A stretch of DNA of 64,000 bases from Antedon mediterranea (GCF_964355755.1 NC_092673.1:24115648-24179647), one strand, 5' to 3'. Counted from the stretch's first letter, positions 36,501-49,293 are shown. Numbers and translations: made by a program. Notes: generated by a model not told the origin, from the sequence alone.

Positions 36501-39500
36501 CAATTACAAACTATACTATTGCAATTGAAGATTATTTCAGAAATTAGATAATGTTTATCTATATAAGTGTTTTACATTATATTTCCTTACTTTCTGTAAT
36601 TTATTATTGTTTTGTCACATTAATATAAAATGCATATCAATACTTACCAGTTTTTCAGTATCGTTTATACCGAAAACACTTTTCTGTATTAGTTGCGACA
36701 ACAGTAGTACACGGCCTACAACAATTCCAACTAAACCAACACTTAATCCTAAAATAACAAGAAAACTGAAAGGTAAGAACTATACTATGGAAGTTAGGCC
36801 TATTATTTGTTATTTTGTTTTCTTCCAATTTCGGTCTACCATTTCTACGTTCAAATTACGTCATGTTAATTCATTATGCGCATGCGGAAATATTGGGACG
36901 CGTGTCTTCGCTCCTCACCCCGACACAGGTTTGTTGGTTTCTAGGTCCAGGGGCGGATTGCAATATAAAGACTTAGAAACCAACAAACCTATGCCGGGGT
37001 GAGGAGCGAATCGAAAGCTCCCTAAAGCTTGTTTCCTACTAGGACGTAACGAAACGTAAGCGCGACGCAAGCAATTTAACCAATCATAAGCGATGGATTA
37101 TCAGAATTTTCGCTTGTGATTGGTCAACTGGCTTGCGTTGCGCTTACGTCCTTGCGTTGCGTCCTAGTGGGAACCAAGCTTAATGTAATTAATTTGTTTT
37201 AAATCAAGTTTGAATTTTCTTACCACTTTTACCGATGAGACTAGCGAATAAAATGCATACTATAAATACTTGTACAATACAGTAGTAACTGACAGACAAT
37301 AACCTCTGTGACGCTTGATTGGCAATCCATGCCTCATTTAGGCTATCTTGAGCGTCATAGAATGATTCCAAGAAAGCATCGCGCGCTTGATGAGAGCGAA
37401 TGGTGGTCAAACCACGTATTGCCTTGTCAACATGTTCATCAACAGGCAGTTTCACTGAAAGAAACAAAAAATAAAAGCTGACTTTTTTTTTTATTATATC
37501 ACAAGCGAAAGTAATACTAATAATGAGTAATACTCATGTAATACAATACGTACACATTTCTTCCAAATTTTGAATTTCGATTCTAGGTTTGGCAGTCTTG
37601 TTTCTTACGTACAAAATTAAAGCAAATAGTGGCACAGCAATGAATAGTAAGTACCAGCTCATAATCATATTGACTACAACAATGCCGCACGTTAAAACCA
37701 TCACTTGGATTGAACCCAACATGGTCGTGGGTAGTTCGTCTTCCATAGTACGCATGTCTTCGTTGAATCGGCGTAAAATACAATCTACAACAGTAGCAAA
37801 AGAGTTAATAATGAAACGACGGTTATTTTTTAAACCTTTTGAATATTCCTGTTTAATGAACATTTCTATCGAGGGATAACACGGCCAATTTCCCGTAAAA
37901 CGAACAAGGGATTTATGTGGTTCAACTCTACGGCACGTGGGCCCGAAAAGTAATTTAATACACATAAGCCATGTGAACTCGTTAAGCATAAAACACAGCA
38001 ATACTGGGGACACTCATCTTCATTATCAGATCGTATTAAACATTTTAAAAGATTGTATTGAAAATATAAGTGCTTCTATTGAAGAAAATTAAGCTATGGA
38101 GACAATTTTATTACAATACCCATATAACATGTCAGCACCCGATAATTACTATCATATATTCAAACTTTGAAAATCACAATGGTATATCGTGCAAACCAAA
38201 TGTCATTACCTCCGCCAAGGAGGTTATGTTTTCACCCCTGTATGTTTGTGTGTGTGTGTTTGTGTGTGTGTTTGTGTGAGTGTGGGTGTGGGTGGATGTG
38301 TGTGTGTGTGTGAGTGTGTGTGTGGATGTGTGTTTGTGTGTGTGTCTGTGAACAGCCTGGAGGCCACAGTTTTTATCCGATTCTAACAAAATTTGGACAC
38401 AATGATCTATGCCCAAAAAGCTCGGACGAGTTCGAATTTGAGGGGAAAGGTCATAGGTCAAGGTCACAACTAACAAAAAAACTATTTTACTGCCTAGAGA
38501 CCACAGTTTTGATCTGATTCTCACCAAACTTAGCCACAATGATCAATGACACATCATATAATTGTGGTTACATTTTGAAGGGTCGGGGTCAAAGATCAAG
38601 GTCCACCAAAAAAAAAAAAAAAAATTAAAAAAAAAAAAAAAAAACCCTCAGTGGGACTTGAACCAGCGATCTCAACTGTGAGAGGCTGGATACATAACCA
38701 TTACACCACACTGTCATCCACAACTTTGTAGTGTGCAGTTAACATATTTACACTTAGAACTAATAAAAAAAAATGTAAAAAAAAATATTCAGGGGGCATT
38801 TTATGTAGGGGAATTTTACAGTAGGCGGAGGTTTGTACTCTCGGAGTACCCTCTAGTTATTAATAAACTTACCCAGTGGTGTACTGTTGAAGAAGAGCAT
38901 GGCAGTTTGAATGACTTGGTTGAACACGGTTTCATGAAGCCGTTTGCATGCGTTTAACGTGATGAGAAAAAATAGAACGCCATACAGAATTGTCGTGAAT
39001 GAACAGGCCCCGATAAAAATGATAAATACTAAAGTAGAATCAGCGTTGTTAAGTTCAACGTAATCAAAAGGGTCAAGGAACTATGGAAGAAATAGAATAA
39101 ATTGTTAATACTGATCTGCGAAATACGCATGTCTTCTGGTTCCCGTTGGAATTAACCTTATCTACACATAGGCATCTAGAGGCAGAGGTAACATGTAATA
39201 AAGTACATAATACACATAGACTTGTATCTCACTGACTTGCGTTAGTCAGTTATTGTGTGTCTAGTAACGGCTGAATGATCAAAATAATACATTCACGTTA
39301 TACCTTTTCTAAACATAGGCATCTAGAGGTAACATGTAATAAAGTACATAATACACATAGACTTGTATTTCTCAGACTTGCATTAGTCAGTTATGGTGTG
39401 TCTAGTGACAGCTGAATGATTGGTTGAACGATGCCATTTCATTACATTTAGTTGTGAGTCTTGACACAACACATCGTGAATATTGCTTACCCTAAATTCG

Positions 39501-42500
39501 TTACAAGTTGTGTCGTTAAAATGATGTCTGTAACATTGCTCTAAATTTGCCCAATGAGCAATCCAGAAGTCCGCCATAAAATACATCACCTGTGTAATAA
39601 GATAATACAATTTAAAAAAAATTTACTTAAAGTAACGTTATTTTTTAACATTTTTCTAAATAAAGTAAACTTTTTATTAGTAGAAATATCATTTTATCAT
39701 CGCATTGAATTTTAGTGAAAATAAACTAATTAAATATTCATAAGAGAAATATAAAGAAATGCATATACAAATAAAGATTAGGTTTTACTTCTTTTAAACC
39801 TAACTAAAGTTTAAGTTGAAGTCACTACAAGTGTTTGCCATGCGATATTGGACAAGTGGAGCAATATCTGTCCTTTTGTTAAAGTTTGATGTACTTTTTT
39901 GACGGCTAGAATATGTGTGAGAATGATGGTACAATTAAGATCGGCCAGGCTCAAGTCTTATTAAACCGAGTTGAGGTAGGCCTACTTCACAGAACCCAAG
40001 TAGGCGCATCATTCCTATGTAAGATGTTCGATATGTTGTGTAAAAATGTGATGTGCCCAAATATGGTGGTGATATGCTCAAATATGGTAGTGATATAACA
40101 TCATCATGTCCTTATTAGGCACATCACACTTTTGTTATCACATAAACTTTGATAATGTAGAGCTTTAGACAATGGACTCCATTATTAAACCAAAGTTTAT
40201 ACAAACGAAGTAGCTTTGCGTCAGGAATAGGAGCTAAGTAAATGATCACATTTTTTTTCTCGATGTTGTAGGGCAAACATCTGACCAATCACAAACGTAC
40301 CTGTGTTATCAATATGCAAATGACCAAAACAGTAAGTCCGTAGTTATTGCTTCCTGCGCAGAAATAGTCTGCGTAGTGCTTGTTGTTAATCTTTTGCTCA
40401 GATTCGACACTTTTGGAATCAATAAGCTATTGTATTGAAAAAGAAATGTAGAGAATTATACACAACACGATCTTATTTTCAACATTTTGTTCAGTAATAT
40501 AGAATTGGTGCTATTGCCGACTTCTTTACATTTACAAAATGTTTATTAGAAATAATTGTGATTTACCGATGTATTTTCATTCGCATCTATTTGAATATTT
40601 GCCATGCCACTGTATTTAACATGTGGAGTAGAGTCTGCCTCTTCTTCCTAAATTTAGAAAAAAAAGATACATTATTAATCCATCTAGAACATTATCCAGT
40701 TGGGCATGGTTGGTAGAGGTGTTGGCTATACATTAGTTATAATGTTTTAGGTTTGTCTCTATATGTTTTTGATTTGTTTGGGGGCGGGGATGGGGGAGGT
40801 TAGTTGCTTGGTTTATTTATGAGCCAAATGATTGTTTGTTGATAGTTGGTTGCTTGGTTGATTTGTGAGTCACATGATTGTTTGTTTGTTGTTGCTTGGT
40901 TAATTTTTTTTGCTCGAGTTTTGCTTAGGTATGTATCTTTGTTTTCACATTTGTCAGTTTGTTTCGGATAATACACTTTATAAACACTCACAGACTCTGC
41001 ATTTGAATACACGGTGTCAATATCGCTAAACGATGAGATGAACGATTGAATAATCCTGACGTCATAGTAGCCACCAATTATTTCTACTTTCCCCTGTAAG
41101 TGATAATGATACACTTCATATATTCTTATATTTCACAATACATGGAGTCTGAACTTTAATCACTTGGTTATTAATGTGTAGAATAATAATTAATAAAGGC
41201 GCTTGTATTAGATGTTAAAAAGATGCGTTTTAAGTTATTTAAAAAAAATAGCAATAGATGTTGATTTAGTAATTGTTATGTCGAGGCAAAGAATTCCAAA
41301 GAGGAAAAGCAGAGAATATAAAAGACCTTTCTCCATAGGGCCTGGTGTTTATTCTAGGAAAACCAGTAGGTTTTGATCAGCCGAACGAAGACAAGCAAGA
41401 GGAATGTAGGGAAGAAGATCAAGAAGATATTAAGTAGGTTGTTTAAGAAGTAGCGCTTTAAAAGTTACCTTGGTGTAATTCTATAAGTTACATAGGCCTA
41501 CCTGTTTTAAAACAAGTATTCTATCCACTTCTCGCATGAATGAAGGACGAGATGTCGTCATGATCCGTGTTTTCTTTTTAAGATATCCCATTATACCACT
41601 GTAAAAATAACATTAAAATAATTATAAGACTACTAAAGCTTGGTTTCCACCAGGACGCAAACGCAAGGATGTAGACGCAACGTAAGTGATTTGACCAATA
41701 ACAAGCGACGGATTATTCGAACTGTCGCTTGTCATTGGTCATCAACACGCTTGCGTTGCCTTTACGTCCTTGCGTTGCGTCCTAGTGGGAATCAAGCTTT
41801 ATTGAGAGAAGTAAATACAATCAAGTAATTGACAAACTATCATATTATTATGAGAACGTATCATGGCAGTAGATTGTTAATAGAAGAGTAGGGTAAGGGC
41901 CTAACATTGTGCTAGGCCTAATCTAATGTTCTCTCTTTTGCAGTGTATTTTTCAAAATTGAGCCGGGTGGAAGTATTTTGCATCTTAAAATCGTGATAAT
42001 AAAAAAATAATAAATTAAAAATAATAGCACATTTATACAATAGATGTATAGCGTAATGGACGATGGTGATTATTTTTACTTCTACTCCGAAGTAATTGTA
42101 TAATAATAATAAATAATAATACGTAATAAAAAATGTATTGATGTTTTGTTCAAATCTAGTGTAGTTATACTGTAACACCAAAAAATCCTTAAGGAAAGAA
42201 ACCTAAAATCCAATCTTACTTTTCAAATATATATCTAGAAGTGGTTGAATCCATGTATGTAAATGGATCATCAAGTAGGTAAATATCAGCATCTTTGTAG
42301 AGTGCTCTTGCTAGGTTAATCTTTGCTTCTTGATCGATTGCCAGTCGCAATTTGCTCGTCATAGATAAATCTTTTTCAGGGAGGCTGTTGATGAACTTGA
42401 AAAAAAAAATCGATATTGCTGCGGTTAATGTACATGTTAATAGTTCGGGGCTCAACAAAGTGTCCTTTTTATATAGAGGTTTCTCCTGAATAGAGGTTAA

Positions 42501-42991
42501 CCGTAGTGTTGAGGCATATTGGCCTTTGTTTGGGACAGTGACGAATTATAAGTTAACTAACTTACTACAGCCTTCACAAGTGATAGGCCTCATGCCTGAC
42601 ACTATATTACATAATTTGCATACTATGAAAAATTATGTCACATGTGGAGATACAGTATATTATGTATACTGTACATATGGTGAATTAGTAGAAAAAAGTA
42701 GACCAAAAATATCTCTAAATTTAACATACCTTTGTAAGCAACACCGTTTCTATTACTTTAAAGTATCGACATTCATCGTATTGTTTTCCGAACAAAATGT
42801 TTTGTCGAATTGTCCCCGGAAAAATCGATGGTTTTTGTGAGACATACGCAATGGTACCTTGAATCTTTATGTTGCCTGTAATGATGGGTATCTCTTGCAA
42901 TAGAGCCATAAGGAACGCTGTCTGTACCGAATAAATATAGAGAATATCATAATATTATGTTTCATGATCTTAAAGGGTAAATAGACCAAGG

Positions 42992-43029
<38 letters not shown>

Positions 43030-46000
43030 CTAGCTCGCCGTCTATTCGATATTCATCCGCAATGGTACCTTGGATGGGTGTTTCTTGTAATAGAGCCATA
43101 TGGAACGCTGTCTGTACCGAATAGAAGTAGAGAATACTATTAAGTTGCATATTCTTAAAGGGTAAATAGACAAAGGCTAATAATATAACTAGCTCGCCGT
43201 CGATATTCATCCGACAGTTTAAGAAACAAGAAGGTAAAACAAGACCCGGAGAGCATTAACCAATACAGTTCAATCAAACTACAGTACCTTCATAAGAATA
43301 AATGACAACAAAAGTGTGATGTGCCCAAATATGGTGGTGATATGCCCAAACATGGTAATGATATGACATCTTCATGTTCATATATGGGCACACAAAGTTT
43401 GATAGTGTAGACAGAGCTTAGGAATTAATTATCTTCGGTCAAACGAAGGCACTCTACTCACGTACAATATTAGTTTCTTTCTAAAATGTACGTTAGTTGT
43501 TTATTTTGTTGATAAACTACCTAAATACTTACCTTTCCTGAACCACTCGCTCCAACCACGCCCAATATATCCCCAGAACATATATCAATCGCTACATTTT
43601 CTAAAGCAAAGTCATCTGAATTCTGTAGACGTCAATGTATTATGTTTTATTAGGTATAAATATATATTGGATCGTATTACGTCATTAGTATATATATAAT
43701 GAACTTTATTTTAAAATAAGTAATATAAAGGGTGGTAGCACTATTTATGGTCCTAACAATAGCATAATAAATCACTTCAATAAGGAGCCTTTCGATTTGT
43801 TTTGGTCGTCGTAGACCTACTGTATATAATCCGCTAATATGTTTATCGACAAAACGAGCCAGGAAGCATGCACACATGCACACAATTAAATAACATGATG
43901 CATGGAGGTATAAAAATATTTTTATACCTCCATGCATGACGTAACTAGGTCCTAGCTCGTCGCAAATCGCTTCCATTGTTATAGTCGCATAAGTAGTGTA
44001 ATAACTATAATAGATCATTGGCTTCCTAATGAAACAATTGGGAATTACATATGTCCCTTTACCTCCCATTTGCATCCTAGCTCATTCACAACGATTCGTG
44101 GCTCTTCCTTCGATTCCTTTGAGTACGAATATCGAGTACTGTCTTCTGATAAATGCTCCTTGTCATCGAGTAGCATAAATTCCTGACAATAAACAAATAA
44201 TATCAAATATTATATGGATATAATGGATAGATAATTTCAAAGCTCTCCTCTGCCGAAGGTCTCTTCGGGTCGACGCTCAATTTTCTATCCAAGACAGAGG
44301 CTCAGATGGACCAGTACATCCACTGGGATAACCCCCCGCCCCTTTTTTCCTGAAAGTGCACACTATCCGGTAGTCTGGATTCCAGACGGAGGTTTGTTGT
44401 CTAAATATTATTTTAAAAAAAATATTTTTGCACATATGACGTTTCATACATATACTACTTGAGCTTGGATACTCCAGATATTTCCAGACAAAAATCGAAA
44501 CGTTGGCTGGTGGACTAACATAAAAAAAGACAATAAATACAGACTTGGAGCAAGTCTAACTTTCCGGATGTGTTCTACGTAACTTCCAGTTTTAAGTACT
44601 TGTTCGAGAAGTCTGTTCTCGTACCACAGTTGAGGATGGCATTGGAACTGTAAAACACTATAACATATTTAATATCTTGTTATAAATGAGGACCATCGTC
44701 TAAATGAAATGTTTGTTTTTATAATGTCAACCGTTGATATTCGTACGAACACAAAATTACATTAAGACACATTAACTGCCAGAGCGTGTGATGTCAAAAC
44801 AGTGAGTCGGCGTCGGACGAATATCCACGGCGAAAATGAACTTACCTCTATTTTATCACATCCTAGAATGCATTCATTATAGAGGTATATCGCTTTTGGA
44901 AAATACTCCAACACCGTTGGGCGAATAATATACGATAAACTAAAAATGACAAATACATGTGAGATCATGTAACGTTCCGCTGTTACAAAGTAGATAGTCA
45001 GGTGAACAACTTCCAAAAGTCGATGTCCAAAGAACGTGATCACCATGGCAATGAACTTAAATATTGCAGAGAGCAGAACAGCAGACAATTCAGATCTAAA
45101 AATTGTAGAGAAGTTCATTTAGACAACCAACAACCATTTAAAAGATGCAAATTAAAGCAATTTCAGGGTACGGTTTTTACCTATGTTAAGTGAATATAGT
45201 GTATTTTCCTATTTAGGGTTTTGCGATTAGGCCTAGGCCTACCTCATTTTCCAAATTGAGGTAAGATCATTGATCAAATTACATTTTATAGCTTTGATCG
45301 TCTGAGAATAGTTCGGGTTTGAATCCAATATTTTAACTACCCCAGTACAAACATCAAGGAGGATGCGTATTGCGGTACAAAGTGCAGATTACAATGATAG
45401 AATAGATCACTCTTTGGACGTAAGGCGTGAATTGACCAATCACAAGCAACAATTCGGATAATACATCGCTTGTGATTGGTTAAATTATCTGCGTTGCGCT
45501 TACCTCCTAGTGGGAGCCTAGCTTAATGTAGACAAGGTGTTCACTATACTTACTCGCGAATCTTTTTGATTATTTCAGAAAAACTTCTTTCTAATACAGA
45601 CATTTTGATCACACGCATTGATGTAAATGCTTCAGATAATATTGATAATCGATATTTTCTTATTCTTGCAGCCCTTTCTCTAATCAAATGAAATATACAG
45701 GTAACAATAAACAATGTTTAGTTCTACAAATTATGAAACTTATAAATAATTACATTTTATGTTTAAATACGGTAATAAATTGGTACTGCCCTAGGCCCAT
45801 TGCTATGTGGATTAGTATATAGTAGAACCCATATTAAGTGGACATCCTCAGGACGAAAAAGTGTCCCTGAATAAGGGATCACAAAAGAGGGACTGTGCAG
45901 TAGTTATAGTAGGCCTAGTTAAAATACAGTACAGAACACGGAAATAAAAAAGCTAATTCGGGCCTACAGTAAATAAGGTGGCTTAAATTATTAGATGATA

Positions 46001-49000
46001 AAAAAACCAACCTGTAAATAATATGCATTTTCCTTTGAAGAGTTTGAAGAGGTAAGAATATTATAAGAACTATACCAAAGCCAAGTAGCGTATACCCCCA
46101 TGACAATCCAACGTAGTAGATTAAAATAAAAATTGACACAATACAGTTAATTGGAGCAAGCCACAGATACGGAAATACCGTTGATATCTAGAAGAAAAAA
46201 ATAAAGTTTATCACTTTTTAAATTAAACATTCCCGATTCTTATAAGTTTCAAATTTATCATTAAAAATATACCATTGTGGAAAGTACATTTTTTTTATTA
46301 TGGATAACTTGCTGAAATGCAATACAGGTTGTTTAGTGGTTTTGTCATGTATTATGTGGGCCTATCACTTGAAACGGTTTAGGCTTAGCCTATACTTTGA
46401 AAACATACCTTATTGAACTTTTCCGTTTCATCAACAAGGGCGGAGTTCTTCAAAATAGTTGAGTTGCTTAACTTTAGAATCTTAAGAAAAACGAATACAA
46501 TTTACGGTTTATTAGTTTTATTATTGGTTCTGAAGATACATTATCTGCAGCGTATTAACTGTAGCTTTATGTTTTATCATGACTTCGAGAACTTGTGGTT
46601 CAAAACTGTTCTGTTTATACCCTTCATATAAAGATTTAACTAAAATTCAGGTAACTGGTTTCTTCGCCTTAAAAAAAACATGTGTATAGGCCTAATTACA
46701 ATAATATTGTTGTAGGTTGTTGCAACCGACAAGAGCCAATATAAAATGTAGGCCTACTGGGTCAAAGTGGCCCATTAATTTTTGAATTTGTCCCCTCCAA
46801 ACTCAATAGTGTCCATACGTTTAGAATTATTTAAATAGCAGAAATACTTTTAAAATAAAATAATAAAATGAGTTGTGGCATCACCTTTTTGTAAATTAGC
46901 GATCTACACGCTACTTGAATTTTCCTTCCAAAAAGTCGATTGTAAAATACGAACGGTTCACGTATTACGTCTGGTACCATGATAGATGTGGCTAGAAAAG
47001 CTAAATGCAATAAGGAGGTTCCAGCTGTAGGCGTTTCACCATGCTCAAATAAATACACAAACATGGAAAACAATATCGGTTGGCACAGTGTAACCATTTC
47101 CTACAATTAAAAAGACAAATAGTAATTTCAGGTGAAATAACGATGGTGAGACCAGTGGCGTAAGGCAGAGGCCTGAGGCCCCTGGTTTAGGAAGCCCTCC
47201 AAGTTCCAACGCTGGAAGCCTCGGGCGTTTTTAGCCTTTTCGGCATATTTTAGTCCCTAATGCCTATTTTTTCGTAAGAGGTGAATATAAATCTATAGAT
47301 AGGCCTACGTGATATTTCCATACTATTTAGATAAGGAATGAACAATTATTATAATGCACTGGACCATAATGCTATGTGTGGCCAGTAAGTAAGCTTAAAG
47401 AATTTATTTAGGATCCATACGAAATGTATTTACAGTTTATAGGATGTCTCTTTCATGCAAAATACGAAGTTCAAGACTAAAACCATTGATTTAACAATTT
47501 TAGTTAGTTTGATGTAAAGACTTCACCAGCATCACAACACCGTGACTCTCATCGAGTTAGAACATAAATAACTTTCCACTAAAAACTATCGACTGCGGTT
47601 ATTGATAGAAACTGCAAAAATGTGCAGAAATTGGAAAATTATACTAACCATAAAAACTCCAAGTACATTAAACCACAGCAATTGAGGAAAGAACGCATGG
47701 AATATAGACCGGCGTAGACTGGGGCGTGTTCCTCTGTCCTTTGCCTTCTCTTGCTCATTATCCCATTCGCTTTATAAACGATTGTAGAAAATTGGATTTA
47801 CATTATTAGTTGTAGAAGATGCAGTGTCATAATGGCTGTGAGCCTTTACTGGCTAAACCTAAGGGCTCCGGAGCTTATGGGGGCCCCTGAGCAGTGCCCA
47901 GATGAAAAACAGGCAATCAAATATGTCGAAAAAGGCTAAAAACCCGAGGCCTTCGGCGTTGGATCCTAAACCAGGGGCCTCAGGCCTCTGCGTTACGCCA
48001 CTGAAGATTAGTAGTAGTGGTTTATGACTAGCTGGGTTACGTATGTCGTATTCGTCCTTTCTGCAAATAACAACTCTTTGCATGCTTTTTTCATTAGGTT
48101 TACTATGATACCCTTTGTCTTAATCAGTGTCAAGATGATTTCTGCCTCTAAGGTAAGGATTTGGAGTTATGCTTTACGGTTAGGCCGATTTGACCCAAAG
48201 AATAAACAATCTGAAATGTGAATATACCTTTCTAATTCGTGTACAAGACATTCCGACGATACGTCTGATGGAACATTGTCCAGGTGATCCTGTGTCAATG
48301 TTTCATTAGATCCAGTTAGAAACAAGTGTAAACACCATCTTCACAAGAGCAGACAACACAAAGTCACGTGAAATTAATGTCATGTATGAAATTAATAAAA
48401 GAGGAAAAATAAAAGTGGGTAAATCATACAAAAAAAATGCAATGCTCCTTGTGTGTGTTTTTTATGGTGAACAAACTATTAGATAACATTATACAGTTGC
48501 ATGCATTCTGACTTGTGTAGGACAGGTGTAGTATTTCAATAACAATGGATATGGGACTATTATATATAATAGTTTTATCCTCGGAATTTTTAAAGGTTTT
48601 GATAAAATGTATGTGTATAATTCCAGATTTATTCTATTATTTGATATAACAACAGCGAAGTTCCAGTTTAACAATCAACTTAAAAAAAGCTATTTATGGG
48701 GTACTTCATTAAAGCGTGTAATGAAAATAGGCCTAAGTATGGCTTAAGCGCTTGAAGACGAAATAAATTTATATCGTGTCCTATTAACCCCTCTCCTCGG
48801 CCCACAAATCTCTTTCTGCCTTTAAATACCGACAAAGGTAACATTTGTACTAAATATTCATCTGGATTGTAATGTTCTATATTTCAAAGGTAGCTTTTGA
48901 TTTTACGTTATACCTTAGCCTTAGCTCATTTACAATACTTCTTCTTCTTCTTCCCTAGACTCCTGGTCAAGGGCATTTATTTGTACAGCACATAGACCAG

Positions 49001-49293
49001 CGGCCCGAAGTACATGTAGGCCTATATATTATTTACAAAAATTGATTGATACTGAAAAATTTCCTAGAATTAAAAGGGCTGTATAAATAGTGTTTGATAG
49101 GCCTTTCAAACAAGGGAGTGTGAAGGAATGGTTAATGTAGGTTTAATTGACTACTATTAATCTAGTATGATTATTGTTGTTTCACACGCACGTCCTGACC
49201 CCACCCACCTTTACCTACTTACCCAAAAGTTATTTTCAGCAAAGCGTTTGCTTTCTCTAGTCGGCTTGGCTTTAACGTCAAATTACATTCCAT
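33501..49293 (-). CDS. ABCC4/MRP4-like ABC transporter (TMD1-NBD1-TMD2-NBD2), divergent, degenerate ATPase motifs, about 1290 aa
   Basis: 27 exons (minus): 49293-49223, 48338-48228, 47769-47649, 47100-46885, 46480-46409, 46187-46012, 45679-45554, 45095-44846, 44182-44063, 43622-43533, 42921-42730, 42395-42220, 41598-41502, 41093-40992, 40647-40567, 40426-40301, 39589-39491, 39080-38873, 37784-37554, 37454-37224, 36748-36648, 36341-36147, 35650-35495, 35308-35219, 34638-34466, 34100-33995, 33656-33501. Total 3873 nt, in frame, GT-AG. Motifs: [64 protein letters not shown]. Confidence 0.92.
35744..35957. mobile_element. Harbinger-like MITE
   Basis: Long TIR TCAGACAGCGTCGTACGACG.GGCCCGACG / CGTCGGGCC.CGTCGTACGA.GCTGTCTGA. 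Confidence 0.75.
36907..37010. repeat. Long near-perfect inverted repeat (about 41-bp stem, about 21-nt loop)
   Basis: TTCGCTCCTCACCCCGACACAGGTTTGTTGGTTTCTAGGTC ... GACTTAGAAACCAACAAACCTATGCCGGGGTGAGGAGCGAA, with 3 mismatches. Confidence 0.9.
37026..37180. mobile_element. MITE family B (Tourist-like)
   Basis: TIR AGCTTG(G/T)TTCC.ACTAGGACG.AACG...CGTTGCGTCCTAGTGGGAACCAAGCT with TWA flanks. Other copies at 41637-41798, 45414-45524 (partial) and 56253-57402 (interrupted). Confidence 0.85.
38205..38857 (+). mobile_element. Non-autonomous Helentron-like (HINE) element with a GT microsatellite and an embedded tRNA-like unit
   Basis: 5' ATTACCTCCGCCAAGGAGGT hairpin, (GT)n tract, subterminal IR GGCGGAGGT, 3' hairpin GTACTC-TCG-GAGTAC, then CTAGT. 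Confidence 0.75.
39165..39420. repeat. Local tandem duplication (about 110 bp, 2 copies) in an ABCC intron
   Basis: ACATAGGCATCTAGAGG..TAACATGTAATAAAGTACATAATACACATAGACTTGTAT..GCTGAATGAT occurs twice. Confidence 0.85.
41637..41798. mobile_element. MITE family B copy
   Basis: Same TIRs and internal TTGACCAAT.ACAAGCGA inverted block. Confidence 0.85.
42901..43212 (-). repeat. Local duplication of the ABCC exon-11 acceptor region
   Basis: 43058-43210 repeats the intron end and the first codons (TAF.MALLQE.PI..QGTIA) of exon 42921-42730, with an internal deletion. The two copies are separated by (TA)n. Confidence 0.8.
44371..44558 (+). mobile_element. Family H element: terminal hairpins, 9-bp TSD
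   Basis: TAGTCTGG-N3-CCAGAC ... AGACTTG-N3-CAAGTCTA; flanks ACTATCCGG / ACTTTCCGG. Confidence 0.75.
47822..48003 (-). mobile_element. hAT-type MITE (family D), inverted relative to the truncated copy at 47153-47260
   Basis: Reverse complement matches CAGTGGCGTAA.GCAGAGGCCTGAGGCCCCTGGTTTAGGA. Confidence 0.8.

Noticed and set aside
38070-38539. Cys/Val- and His/Thr-rich ORFs
   Set aside because: Translations of the (GT)n microsatellite in the Helentron-like element.
46588-46667. Candidate ABCC exon after a T-rich acceptor
   Set aside because: In-frame TGA after six codons; the exon at 46480-46409 keeps the frame and homology.
33501-49293. CFTR orthologue
   Set aside because: No long R domain between NBD1 and TMD2, NBD1 Walker B is YLLDD and the NBD2 signature is FSVGQ. 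These are ABCC4-like features.
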